Source: Eledone cirrhosa | Lineage: Eukaryota | Direction of reading: 5' to 3' | Length of the DNA stretch: 64,000 nt | Assembly: GCA_964016885.1 (NCBI GenBank) | Contig: OZ024742.1 | Span: 7,936,001 to 8,000,000, forward strand | Part shown: in pieces, positions 40,701-53,645 of the stretch | Layout of the letters: every line of letters starts with the position of its first letter | Position numbering within the stretch: position 1 is the stretch's first letter | The notes under the pieces: model-generated | What the model was told of the DNA's origin: nothing | Seen by the model: only the letters and a program-made list of their open reading frames with translations | Database searches by the model: none | Program-made: the position numbers and the translations under genes

Positions 40701-43700
40701 AACTTTGATAGGTTTCGGCCAGTATTGGCCCAGGCCATGTCTAACTTAATTGCACCACCTGGCGAAGTCTTACAAATCAGTGTTTGGGCACCATGGCCCT
40801 CTCGAGCAGAGAGTTATTGTTTACGGAGGCATATCTGGGTGTAGGAGGCGTATCCGGGATTTCTTGAAGGAATTTATCCAAAGACTTCTTGAACTTGATG
40901 GGGTCTGTTGCTGCTTTGATGTGTCTTGGTGTAATGTTAAAGAGTGCAGGGCCAATTGAGGTAAAATAATTGTGCCGTATTGTTGTTATGAGATGCAAGT
41001 GAGATTTTTGTCGTGGGCCCAAGCCTTGGGTGTACACTAAAGGTGATGCCAACATCATTTGGGAAAAGCTGATGGAATATTTTCCACATCATGCAGATAA
41101 TGTAGCGCTCACGGCGACGTTGGTGAGAATAAAGTTTGAGCTTTTCTAATCGACTCCAATAGTCAAGGCCTGTCATGCCAACTATCTTTTTTGTAATTGA
41201 CCTTTGGGGTGATTCAACTTTCATGATCCTTTGTTTCTTGTGGGGTGACCACAGTGGACAACAGTATTCAAGATAGGGTCGGGCAAAAGTGGAGAAGAGA
41301 AGGATAACAGTGTGGATATCTCTCTACTGGAAAGTTCTGAGAACCCAGGAACACATTCTGCGGGCCATATTAACTTTGCTGTTTATATGACTGGCCCAGC
41401 TTATGTTGTTGTCCACAAGTCTCTGATGTTATTTGATGCCATTAGCGTTTCACCCGAAGGAAGAGAGTATGGTAGTTTCAGGGCATCCTTTTTTCCAAAG
41501 TGGATTAATTCAAATTTATCCTCATTCAACAGCATTTCTGCCCATTGGATAACAGCCAGTAGGTCTGACTGAAGGCAAGTCCGGTCACCCACCTCATTGA
41601 TGACCCTTTGGAGCTTGGAATCATCTGCGAAGATTCTGATGTTGCTGTGCTTGATGATGTCAGTAATGTCATTAATGTAGATGATGAAAAGAAGTGGGCC
41701 CAACACAGTGCCTTGTGGGACGCCACTGCTGACATTGGCAGGGCTTGATTTTACTTCTTCGACTACAACATGCTGGATTCTGTCTGTCAGGAAACATTTG
41801 ATCCACTGTAGTAACCTTCCAGAGACACCAACATTGGATAGTTTTTTCAGTAGAATCTTATGATCAACCCTGTCGAAGGCCTTGCTGAAGTCAAGGTAGA
41901 TGACATCAGTGTTGGACCCCTCTCCCAAGGCTCTCAAAACATCGTCAAAGTGATGCAGGAACTGCGTTAGGCAGTCCCTTCCATTACGGAACCCATGTTG
42001 GTTGGAGTTCAGCAGGCCGTTGCTTTCAAGAAAGTGAGTTATTCGTGATCTCACCACCCTCTCAAATACCTTGATAATATAAGAGGTGAGTGAGATCGGA
42101 CGGTAGTTCACTGCAAGGGACTTATTTCCCTTTTTGAAGATTGGGACAACGGACTGGGACAGAAAGTTTTCAGGAATATAGCCAGTGTCCAGTGAGTTCC
42201 TCCACAGATTAGCAGGAGGAGATGCAAGTTGGTGTCGACACACCTTCAGGACACAAGCAGGGAACCTGTCAGGGCCTACTACTGAATTGTGTTTAATTTC
42301 GTTTATTGCCAATAAGATATCAGTGGCGCCAAACGTTATGTCTGATATAGTGTGTTGGGGATTAACATCACTGATACAGCCCAGATCGGCCATATCATGA
42401 TTGCTGAAAACAGAGCAGTATTGTTTCTGCAGTATCTCACCCATGGTTTTGGCATTGCCCTGGAGTGTGCCATTTTCATCAACTAGGGGGCCAACAGTGG
42501 AAACGGTGTCCTTGTGTTTTTTAGAGAATGAAAAGAACACTTTGGGGTTGAGTTTGATTTTCTTAATGGCCCACCTCTCTTCAGCTGTTCTCTGGTTATT
42601 GATGATGGTCATCATGCATTGTTGGAGGTTATATTTTCTTTTACTCAAGCAGGGTGATAGCCATCGAATGTGTCTGTTGCTGTTGGCAGTATTTTAGTGT
42701 GTTAATTTTTTTGTTTGTTCTTTTTATTTTTCTGATAATTGCTTTTCTGTTTTGGGGGATACTGCACTTGGTTTTGTTCACAGGTTTGGGTGGGGTGTTT
42801 TTTGTACATATATTTGTGATTGCCTACAAAGATCTGCCAAGATGTTTTGATGTTGGTGGAAGTGTGTGCGTGTGTAAAAGACCAGTCGACATGTAATAGT
42901 TCGTTCATAATCACATCCCAGTTGGCATTGTAGAGATCCATGTTATCAAATGGGTGGGCTGGAGAGAGGACCCTGGGATTAGCTTTCGGCTGGTGGAAAA
43001 TCAGGTTACAAAGAACCATGTCATGGTCTGAGAGAAGGTTTTTTTCCACTGTAATATTATGTATAGTGTTAGTGTGGTTACTAAACACTAGATCCAGAAT
43101 GTTCTTCTGATGCCTCGTTGGTGCAAGGACAAGTTGTGACAAGAAAAACTCATTCATGAAGTCAAGAGGTGACTCGACAGCCTCTTTGTCAGTGGTTGAG
43201 GTGTGGAGCCTGATTTCAAACTACATGTAGACCAATCAACACAGGGAGATTAAAGTCTCCCATCAAAAGTATGTTGCTAGAATGGCACTGTTAAATAAAG
43301 CATTTAATACTGTTGAGGCATTCTTTGAAACAGATTATGGGTGTTTGCTGTGGCCTATAGAGCCCTACTAATGTCATGTCATTGGCTTTATTGTGCACAG
43401 TGACTGATTCACAGTAGCCATTAGAGAATGTTGTGTTGCCATCTGCCGTAAAGGAATCATGCAGGAAAATGGCAGTTCCACCCTGCCTTCTGCCAACACG
43501 ATCCGCACAGATGGTTGTGAAATTTCTCACTCTTACTTCGGCCTCCAAGTGGGAGTTGTCAAGGTGGGTCTCAGTAAGAATGAAGAAAGGGATGTGAAAT
43601 GGATGGTTACCAACCCAATCCTCAATGAATTGGATCTTCCATTTCTGTGCATTGATGTATGGCTGATACCTTGTGTATTGAGTAAGAATGTGGAGGGTAG

Positions 43701-43733
43701 TGTGGTGGCTGGTTTTGACTGTTCCAGGGGCCT
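40701..43733 (-). mobile_element. CR1-group LINE, ORF2 (APE endonuclease + RT), frameshifted and 5'-truncated
   Basis: APE motifs ADRVGRRQGG, VGLYRP, PTR..NILDLVFSN and LSDH. RT motifs NYRPISLTS, QHGFR, YLDFSKAFDRVDH, SGVPQGTVLGPLLF and FADDSKL (ORF 41401-42648). C-terminus LKLYSHQRRRER. (TA)n at both ends. Confidence 0.92.
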
Positions 43734-43887
43734 TATATATATATATATATACTGTAGTTACCTCCGATTGAACCCGGAATAACTTATATATATATATATA
43801 TATATATATAAGTATTGAAGTTTCCGTTGAAAATTGAAAAAGTCATAGGAGTGAAGAGTGCTCTATGTAAGTTATAGAGCTAAATTT

Positions 43888-44040
43888 AATGTATAATAAA
43901 CAATACAATATAATTACCTCATTACCAGAGAATTCCCGAATTGCCTTGTCTGACGAACGAATGCGGGCGTTTCTTGTATTCGTCTCATTCGGGAAACCTC
44001 TGGTAATGAGGTAATTATATTGTATTGTTTATTATACATT
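43888..44040. repeat. ~54-bp inverted repeat enclosing a hammerhead
   Basis: AATGTATAATAAACAATACAATATAATTACCTCATTACCAGAG..TTCCCGAAT (43888-43941) versus its reverse complement (43987-44040), followed by (TA)n. Confidence 0.85.
43944..44011 (+). ncRNA. Type I hammerhead ribozyme motif
   Basis: Stem I CCTTGT/ATGAGG (two G-U pairs); CTGACGA (43950); stem II CGAATG/CATTCG; GAAA (43993); stem III ACC-TCT-GGT; GUA triplet at 44003-44005. Confidence 0.7.
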
Positions 44041-44057
44041 ATATATATATATTTGTA

Positions 44058-44210
<153 letters not shown>

Positions 44211-44419
44211 TATACATATGTCTATATGTCTAAATATAAAGTTATATATAAGCTACATTTATATATTTATAATATTTCATAATATATGTATATGCAGGTA
44301 TGTCTCTTACTCGCTCTGCTTCTCTCTGATATGTATGTACATACATACATGCATACATTCAAACAAACATGTGTACATACATATATATACGTATATATAT
44401 ATATATATATATATATATA

Positions 44420-46744
44420 CTAGCAGTTTAGCCCGGCGTTGCTCGGGTTTGTTCATTTGCTATGAAAAGTTACATACAGGTAAACGTGGTTTGAAAGCGA
44501 ATAAGCTTATCAATTAAGTGCATAAAGCAGTTGAACCGGTTATTAAAAGTTACGAACCAATTAGCATTTTGGTCAATCAATGATGGGTTAATAATCTTCC
44601 AATAGCGAATTTAGTAGACCGGGAATTGTGATCGCCGGAAATCGAACGGGATATCTGACGCCGAGAGGAAAAGGTTCATCCTTGGAATGAAAACATTCTC
44701 CCCTCTTCCGCACCCCGTTACAATGGTAGCCTCAATCAAGTGGGTGTCAGTGACTTGACGACCATGCGAGTACCGTTGCACTGCTTTGGTGGACGTAAGT
44801 TCCTTATTAGCATAATGGGACAGCCAACCCTAAGCTTAATAATGTGAGGTGGGAGCCCTGGGGGCTCAAGGAGATTTAATAACTCAACCGGATAATTAAC
44901 GATATCGTCGGGGTCTGATTTGAAGATGTGCTCTTTACCGGGAATCTTCTCAATCAGCTGCTCGTTAATAAAATTAACCATGGTATTTTTCGGAGCAAGG
45001 ATGGCTCTTTCGCTGAGCCAATCGATGTTTTTAAAGTTAGATGAGACATTAGGAAAAACTGCTTCCCAAAGGTCAGAAGGGCTGCTCACAATGTTGCACA
45101 GGGTGTCGATTGCTATGCCGCATATTTGTGCTCAGGTACAAACTATTCACCTGGAGCCACAACATGGACGACTTAAGACAGGCACGCACTTCATCAGCTC
45201 TTGTCCATTTGGGGATGACAGGCAGCGTTTTCCGAAAATCCCCTGATAGCAGAAGGGTTACGCCACCCATAGGAGCCGTAGAATCCCTAATGTCTTTCCG
45301 GGCCCTGTCCAATGCCTCAAGGGCACCCTTGTGTGCCATTGTGCACTCATCCCAAACAATGAGGCAACATCTTTTGAGAACCAGAACTTTGTGTGAACTC
45401 TTGCTGATATTGCATGTTGGTGTCTCAGTTTTTACTAAATCCAAAGGGAGTTTAAAGGTTGAATGTGCTGTCCTGCCTCCCGGCAGCAAAGTAGCAGCGA
45501 TCCCGGACAATGCAACGAACAACGAAACTGTTTTCTCCTGACGAATCTTAGCGAGAATCAAATTCGATACAAAAGTTTTACCGGTACCCCCAGGATCGTT
45601 TTTTATCGGGGGGATCAGGGGTTGTTTTTTTTTACCTTGAGGTATAACCAGTCAGTAGTTCCTTCAAAGGCTCTGGCGGTTCCGTAAGAGGGGGCAAGGT
45701 GACCTTACCGTTTAAGCAGCATATTGCAGGTGGCTCCCCAGCTCACTTTGTAGCATTGCAGAATTGACAATTGAAGCGCATCTCGCCTATATTTATGTCA
45801 GAGCGCATCGAGTAATTAACGTTTTGCTCATACTTGAAAGCCCGTAGGTGCCAGTAAGGGCTGTTGGGGCTCGTCCCACCGCGTGCAGCTTCTCGCCGTT
45901 GACTGTTACGCTTGAACGTAGAACATTGGTCGTGTGGTTGGTGGGAAGGTCTGGCAGCAATAGCAGAAGCAACATTTGCAATGCTAATGGACCGCCCGTC
46001 TGCATCTTCAGAAGCCATGGAAGTAGTCATAGCCGCAGCGTTCGTAGGAAGGCGAGCTATCCGTTGTTTTAAACGTTCCAAAGACCTGGAAGCAGCATTA
46101 GTCGCATCGTTTCTAGCCAGGCGCTTCGACCTTTGTTCACGGCTCTCTGAAGCCCTGGAAGAAGCCTGGTATGAAGCCATTTTGGCTAGGCGTGCGGTGC
46201 GCTGTTGGAAACTTTCAGCGGCTCGACATTCTGCTGAACATAAGGCTGTCTGTGAAAGTCTTGAAGCATTTTCCTCAGAGGACTCGTTTGCTATAGTAGC
46301 CTTTTGCGCCACTGCTGACGCGGTATGTCGACTGAGGCGACTTCTCTTTTTAGGTGGCATTTTATGTCCAAAAGAAAGGGTGAAACTTACATCTACAGAA
46401 AAATTGACTTTGAAAGTCTACTGTCTGTTTATGAATATTGTTATTGTTGTTGTGATACATATGTTAGTAAGTAAATGGGTATCGAAAAATAAAGGGTGAA
46501 AGTTACTTCAACATAAACATTGACTTTGAAAGTATAAGGCTGATAATTGAATGTAAAAAGATTGATAAGAAAGGCCCCCCAAAAAAATGTACAGGTATTT
46601 GTATGTATGTGTGTATTTTTATGTCGAAAAGAAAGGGTTAAAGTTACTTCTACAGAAAAATTTAGTTTGAAAGTGTAAGGCCGATGTGTGTGTAAATTAA
46701 GTGACAGGTATTTGTATGTATGTGTGTATATGTATGTATGTGTG

Positions 46745-46776
<32 letters not shown>

Positions 46777-47571
46777 TGTATGTATGTATGTATGTATGTA
46801 TGTATGTATGTATGTATGTATGTATTAAAGGTTGAAAGTTACTTCAACATAAAAATTGACTTTGAAAGTATAAGGCTGATAATTGAATGTAAAAAGATTG
46901 ATAAGAAAGGCCCCCCCAAAAAACTTTACAGGTCTTTGTATGTATGTGTGTATTTTTATGTCGAAAATAAAGGCTTAAAGTTACTTATACAGAAAAATAT
47001 AGTTTGAAAGTGTAAAGCCGATTGAAAAACTTACAGTTTAGTAAATGAAAGTCAGCTTCGAAATTGAGTTTGAACGCTCTAATACAAATACACACACATA
47101 TATCCGTCTATCCCTCTTTATCATAATATACTATTGTTATTTCTAAAACAAACTGTGTATGCGTTGATTCATTGAAATTCCCGCGTTCCCGTTTCTATGA
47201 CGTCAATCGTAACCATACCAACATATATGTGTGTGTATGCACCCACATATATGTGTGTATATGTTTTTTTTCAATGTTTCTCTTTTTCACATACACTTAT
47301 AAGAGAAGGTAGCAATTTTAAGGGGAGGTGATAAAGGGAGTAGATATAGGAAACGTATATCATATGAGAGAGGAGAAATTATCGATTGTTGAAATAAATC
47401 GATTTTTCCGTAATTGGGGCATTTTTTACCCAATAAGTTCGCCCATGACCCAAGTTAGAATATTTGTAAACATTCTGCTTAATTATTCATTCAATATTTT
47501 GGGAAATGTGTAAATGTATAAAATTGAAACATACGTACAGACACAAAAAATCTGCCTTTTATAGATAATGA
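44420..47571 (-). mobile_element. Internally deleted Helitron with both termini
   Basis: 3' end: hairpin CCCGAGCAACGCCGGG then CTAG|T at 44420. 5' end: A|TC(ATTATC)TATAAAAGGCAG at 47565/47571. Coding remnants: N-terminal E..EQR..RL repeats and the Zn motif IGEMRFNCQFCNATK (45743-46360); Pif1 helicase GTGKT, SGIAATLLPGGRTAHS, WDE, GDFR, RAILAPKN, GLPPH and CNGTR (44736-45600). Confidence 0.9.
46492..47022. repeat. ~190-bp direct duplication inside the Helitron 5' region, separated by (TATG)n
   Basis: 46492-46684 matches 46827-47020; a partial third unit lies at ~46370-46420. Confidence 0.8.
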
Positions 47572-47835
47572 TACATATACATATATATATATATACGTAT
47601 ACATGCACGTAGGTTTGTACATACTTATATCTGTATATATGTTGTGTTCAGAGAAGGTGAAAGTAGGATAGACAAAATGAGAGTAACAAATATATATATA
47701 TAGTGGCGGAACACTGGAAGGTGATATCCGTAGTGGTAGAGCACTCAGTCCAAGGGACGAGTTAGTTAGAAGTGGTTACACAACAGTTAGCGGATCTTCA
47801 GCTCGGAATGGTGAACTAACTGTTGTTTGACCACT

Positions 47836-47867
<32 letters not shown>

Positions 47868-47879
47868 TATAATAATAAT

Positions 47880-47918
<39 letters not shown>

Positions 47919-47930
47919 TATAATAATAAT

Positions 47931-47971
<41 letters not shown>

Positions 47972-48055
47972 TATAATAATAATAATATATATATATATAT
48001 ACACATATATATAATAATAATAATATATATATATATATATACGCATATATATAAT

Positions 48056-48136
<81 letters not shown>

Positions 48137-48608
48137 AAAGGTAATGTATTCATCAAACGAAGACAATATCGACTGACTATATACAAATTATATCTCTTCA
48201 CATCTAACATGGCCATTCGTTACTAACGGGGACAACTTTTATCTTGGGCAACATTCAACTTTACAGCTGTCATGTAAACTCCCTATGCTAATTTCTTTCG
48301 GAAAAATAATGGCAACTTTGCATGTTGCGTCAGACAGGTTAAATAACGTCCAAAATACTTCATCGAAAATGACTGTCATAGTAGAAAGTACATTAACAAT
48401 AACGTGTGGGTCGTTTAGAATATTTCTGTTGAAGACTCTAATCATTGAAAACTTAGTCTGATTTAAGTTGAGATAATACAATCTCTTGAGACATCTAGAA
48501 ATACATCATACAATTTTCATGTAGATGTCGCTACTTGTTAAACTGCCGCACACACCTTCAGTTCAGGTAATTGGACACGTGCGTGTGCTTGCCTATATAT
48601 ATTTGGTC

Positions 48609-48646
<38 letters not shown>

Positions 48647-48686
48647 CGTGTGTGTGTGTACTGTATATATGATATATATATATAAA

Positions 48687-48736
<50 letters not shown>

Positions 48737-48737
48737 G

Positions 48738-48768
<31 letters not shown>

Positions 48769-48783
48769 TATATATAAATGATG

Positions 48784-48814
<31 letters not shown>

Positions 48815-49038
48815 ATGTGTGTATGTGTGTGTGTGTGTGAGTGTCGTGTGTGTGGTTGTTTGTCGGCGTGCGTGTGTATATGCACGTATGTACGTATATA
48901 TGAATGTATGTATATACATATATTTGCATGTATATTACTTATTAAAGGAAGAGAATGTTTAAAACATAATTGTGCTTAGAACATTCTGATATTAAATGAT
49001 TGGAGTCTCAATATATGTAAACAGAGTCCCTTTAGAAA

Positions 49039-49072
<34 letters not shown>

Positions 49073-49182
49073 TTATGTATATGCGAGTGTGTGTGAATTT
49101 CGTATATCTAATGATATACGGTGTGTTTACAAATAATGACATATACATACATAAATATACATATATATATATATATAGTAAT

Positions 49183-49360
49183 GGTTTCTACTTTTGGCAC
49201 AAGACTAGCAATTACCCAGTGCATTACTGGTACTTTATTTTATCGAACCCCGTAAGGATGAAAGGCAAAGTAAAACTCGGCGGGATTTGAACTCAGATCA
49301 TACAGGGAGGTAACTCTATGCTTCAAAGCATGGCGTCCGACCCTCTACCGATACTGCCAA
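49183..49360 (-). mobile_element. SINE family A copy
   Basis: Same body and B-box (GGGATTTGAACTC). Confidence 0.85.
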
Positions 49361-49533
49361 ATAATAAATGTGAAGACTAAAATCCAAAGAGGGCTCGATA
49401 AGGATGAATATATCAAATATATGAAAACCCTAGAGCAAATATTTTTTTTTAGTTTCAGAAGATCTCGTTAAGGGTGAAAGCGGCGATTCTTTGCGTAAAC
49501 TTTAATCCGTTAATGTAATAAATAAATAAATAA

Positions 49534-49611
<78 letters not shown>

Positions 49612-49718
49612 CTTCGTTAACAGATATGTCATTGTGCCGAGATACGTAAATATATTACCCTTGGTATGACGGTGTGGTTTTATCTCTATGTAGGATAACT
49701 AGCATACTACAGAGCCGT

Positions 49719-51044
49719 TATAATTATAGGAATAACCAAAGAGTGCTTAGAAATACATTGTTTTATTAGCTATAAGTGTTTCATGCATACCCTATGGCAG
49801 GAATCATCAGAGCTTATAAACAAGAGTATATCAATAGTTGCATGCTCCATCGAGCTGCGTCACCAGAACTAGGTTAAAGGACCAGCAGGGGGGTCCCAAG
49901 GCCAGCGCTATAGAGAAAAAGACAGAATACATGATGCACATATTGTCATAAAATGTCATAAAAAATTACATCAAAAATAAAAAATTACACCAAAAATGTA
50001 TCACTTAAATGGTGCAATAGATGATAAAGAAGTTGGGAGAGGGTAGTAAGGAATGTGTGAAGGTATGACTCAGCATGATCAAAATCAATAAACAAAAGTA
50101 CAAAAATATAAAAATAACAAAAGAAATAAAAATAAAAAACAATAAAGGAACACAAAAAAAAATCAAAACAAAGCAAAGCATAGATACATCAAAGCACAAG
50201 CAGTGCAAAAACAGGATGTACAGGCAGATTAAGAGAGTTTGCAAGCATGAGTCTGTGAGAAGAATAGTTGGTTAGCGGTGGTGCAGCCTTACATGTATGA
50301 TAGTCCATATGAGGGATGGTGTACTCCAATTATATCCCCTTTGTAACAGGTCGATTCTCCGTATCATATCAGCACTCCACGAACCACATTGATAGGTTCC
50401 AGTTCCGAGATAAGACTATTTTTCCAAAACATATACCCAGAGGATTTATCACCATAGGCGGTCTGCGATAGACACCTAAAATCTAAAATAAAATAAAGTA
50501 CGATGAGTTGAAGAAATGTATGGTACATGTACAGCCGGCACACAACTGAGGAAATTGAAAATACGACAGGTCCGTAATAACTGGCATTCCCCAAAGTCCT
50601 CACGTTCGGTCGCTCAACTCAACGTCCCAAGTGAAATTCACTGTATGACCGAGTTGGCTTCGAATCAATGTCTCGTACCGTGTACAATTATACCACAGTA
50701 AATGTACATCGTGATGGCTATCCTGTCAGATAGAGAGAAAGTGTATTTAGGAAACTCCGCTTCCAGAATTACCTATGGCAGAGTGAGGGAAAAGCAGATA
50801 TTGTTACATTATATGACATTATGTGCATCATGTATTCTGTCTTTTTCTATATAGCGCTGGCCTCGGGACCCCCCCTACTGGTCCTTTAACCTCGTTCTGC
50901 TGACGCAGCTTGAGGGAGCATGCAACTATTGATATACTCTTGTTTATAAGTTCTGATGATTCCTGCCATAGTGTATGGATGAAACACTGTTAGCTAATAA
51001 AACAATGTATTTCTAAGCACTCTTTGTTTATTCCTATAATTATA
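49719..51044. mobile_element. Element with ~238-bp inverted repeats, each carrying a hammerhead motif (PLE inverted-pLTR structure)
   Basis: 49719-49956 is the reverse complement of 50806-51044; the right end abuts (TA)n. Confidence 0.8.
50949..50995 (+). ncRNA. Compact type I hammerhead motif (inverted copy at 49768-49814, minus strand)
   Basis: AGTT-CTGATGA-TTCC..GGAT-GAAAC-ACT-GTT-AGCT. The other copy has stem I AGCT/AGCT but a mutated stem III and triplet. Confidence 0.7.
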
Positions 51045-51364
51045 TATATATATATATATATAGATGTATTTTACAAATTCCTTTGTATGATTTCAGTCAC
51101 ATGTCACTTGTATATTTATTTCAAGTTGTAATAAAATAAAGTATGTCTCTGTTTTTCTTTTTCGATAGATATCCTTAAATGTTCCTGTCCATTGTTGTGA
51201 TATTATATCACATCTAATAAACAGAGTGGTACTCCTGCCTGTTGTACAGACTACCATTACAAGAGTTTTCCTACTTCAAGACGTGATATTTCACGTAAGA
51301 TGTTCGAGAGATCTACTTGTCTGTTCGTCTTATGCAAATAATTGTCTCTGTTAATCCTATGCTG

Positions 51365-51432
<68 letters not shown>

Positions 51433-51605
51433 ATGGTGTTTTGGAATCAGGTCCATAACTACCAATATTAAACTTGAACCAAACATCTGCGAAACGCGCG
51501 TAAAAGATTGATACACAATAAAAGCAGAAATACATGTAAATGAAACCTCATTGTTTTTCTTCTTCTTATATATTTATATCTAAAGTCTAAAGTCTGTTTT
51601 AAGCC

Positions 51606-51865
51606 AGAAGGCTCATTTAGCCGGTGCTTATCCCGGTTTCATGGCGTGAAGCGACTAAGAGTACAATCCCCCCCCCCCTTGGACAGGACGCCAGTCCATC
51701 GCAGGGTTAATCCTCCAGCTATTGCTGGTACTCATTTTCAGCTGAGTATACTGGAGCAACATGAAATGAAATGTTTTGCTCAAGAACACAACACGCAACC
51801 CAGGAATCGAGCCCACGACATTATGATCGTAAGTCCAACACAATTACCACTAGGACACGTGCCTC

Positions 51866-51866
<1 letters not shown>
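51606..51866 (-). mobile_element. tRNA-derived SINE, family B
   Basis: Minus strand: GGAGGCACGTGTCCTAGTGGT (A box), GGGCTCGATTCCTGG (B box), then GTGTTCTTGAGCAAAAC, CTCAGCTGAAAATGAGTACC and ACCCTGCGATGGACTGGCGTCCTGTCCA. These resemble conserved central SINE domains. Confidence 0.75.
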
Positions 51867-51868
<2 letters not shown>

Positions 51869-51941
<73 letters not shown>

Positions 51942-51966
51942 ATATATATATATATTATATATATAT

Positions 51967-51999
<33 letters not shown>

Positions 52000-52364
52000 A
52001 TATATATATATATTATATATATATTATATATATATTATATATATATATATTATATATATATTAAATATATATATATTATATATATATTATATATATATAT
52101 ATTATATATATATTATATATATATATATTATATATATATTATATATATATATATTATATATATATATATTAAATATATATTATATATATATATATTATAT
52201 ATATATTATATATATATATATTATATATATATTATATATATATATATTATATGTATATTATATATATATATATTATATATATATTATATATATATATATA
52301 TTATATATATATTATATATATATATATTATATATATATTATATATATATATATTATATATATAT

Positions 52365-52441
<77 letters not shown>

Positions 52442-52444
52442 ATG

Positions 52445-52480
<36 letters not shown>

Positions 52481-52529
52481 ATATTATATATATATTATAT
52501 ATATATATATTATATATATATTATGTATA

Positions 52530-52577
<48 letters not shown>
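51869..52577. repeat. Long interrupted (TA)n tract
   Basis: Direct reading. Other large TA-rich tracts lie at 24094-24158, 34130-34190, 34788-34870, 36548-36620, 37155-37412, 44040-44207, 47837-48132 and 49540-49610. Confidence 0.95.
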
Positions 52578-52582
<5 letters not shown>

Positions 52583-53166
52583 AGTATAGAAATTATTGTA
52601 GCAAGAAGCCAACAGTATTCCATAATATATATATATATGTATATATAATACTTTTATATATAAGTATGTATACGTACATACATATATATATACAGACGTA
52701 CAGTAGAATGTATATATATATACATACATGCACACATATTATATGTACGTATGAGTTTACCGAACATTTATTATAATGTTAGGTTTGTTTGTAAACCAAC
52801 AGCCCGAATTAAGCCGTACAGTGTTCGGCAACCATCGTTGCACTTTTTGTTCAACACTGACAAAGGAACGATAAACTAGTTTCAAGCTTATTAGCTATCG
52901 CCAACATCGTATCATGAGTGAAATGTACTATGAGTGTAACATGAGTGAAAAATGAAATTGTACTATGAGTGAAAAATGAAATGTACTATGAGTGTAAAAT
53001 GAGTGAAAAATCGTACTATGAGTGAAAAATGAAATTTCATTTCATTCCTTTCCATATATATATATTGTAGTCGAGAAACACTTAATACTATTGCGGAGGG
53101 ACAGCTCCCATTAAACTGTAATATAATTTCCTACGTCATACAGTTATGGGGATTATTTTAAAAATA

Positions 53167-53362
53167 GTTTCTACTTTAGTCACAAGGCCAACAATTTGGG
53201 AAGGGGAAGTTAATTAAATCAAACCCCCTCAATATGTTACTGGTACTTTATTTTATCGACCCCATTAGCTTAAAAAGCAAAGCTAACCACGGCAGGATTT
53301 GAACTCAGAACGTAACTATATGCCGCAGAGCTTGATGTCCGATGCTCCATCGATTCTGCCAG
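53167..53362 (-). mobile_element. SINE family A copy (a degraded plus-strand copy follows at ~53446-53552)
   Basis: TACTGGTACTTTATTTTATCGACCCC..GGATTTGAACTCAG; the second copy has GTCAACTTTGCCTTTCAT..GGTCGATGAA..TACCAG. Confidence 0.75.
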
Positions 53363-53645
53363 GGCCGTCACTCTAGAGTATCCTAAAAATAACTACTGAT
53401 ATAATCCAGATAGGAATATATATTTCCTGTAAATAAAACCATTGAAGGCAGTGAGTACTGTCGTTAGAATGTCGCTCACATGCCACCGGAGTCAACTTTG
53501 CCTTTCATGCATTCCAGGTCGATGAAGACTTACCAGTCTAGTATTGGGGGCGATTCTCCTATCTCTCTTTCGCCATCCTTTTCTAGAAGAAATCTGCTGT
53601 ATTTAGACATGGAGAGGAAATGGAAACACCAGGGTTTAAAATTCC

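Noticed and set aside
45073-45561. Cellular PIF1 helicase gene
   Set aside because: Fragmented, intronless and enclosed by Helitron termini.
45912-46499. Plus-strand ORFs overlapping the Helitron (likewise those over the LINEs)
   Set aside because: Antisense shadows of transposon coding sequence.
47700-47836. Additional hammerhead (minus-strand CTGAAGA with TCCG/CGGA stem)
   Set aside because: No GAAA follows stem II and no stem III/NUH could be built.
49389-49436. Degenerate hammerhead GCTC-GATAAG..GAAAACCCTAGAGC
   Set aside because: The core and stem III are too degraded to support a call.
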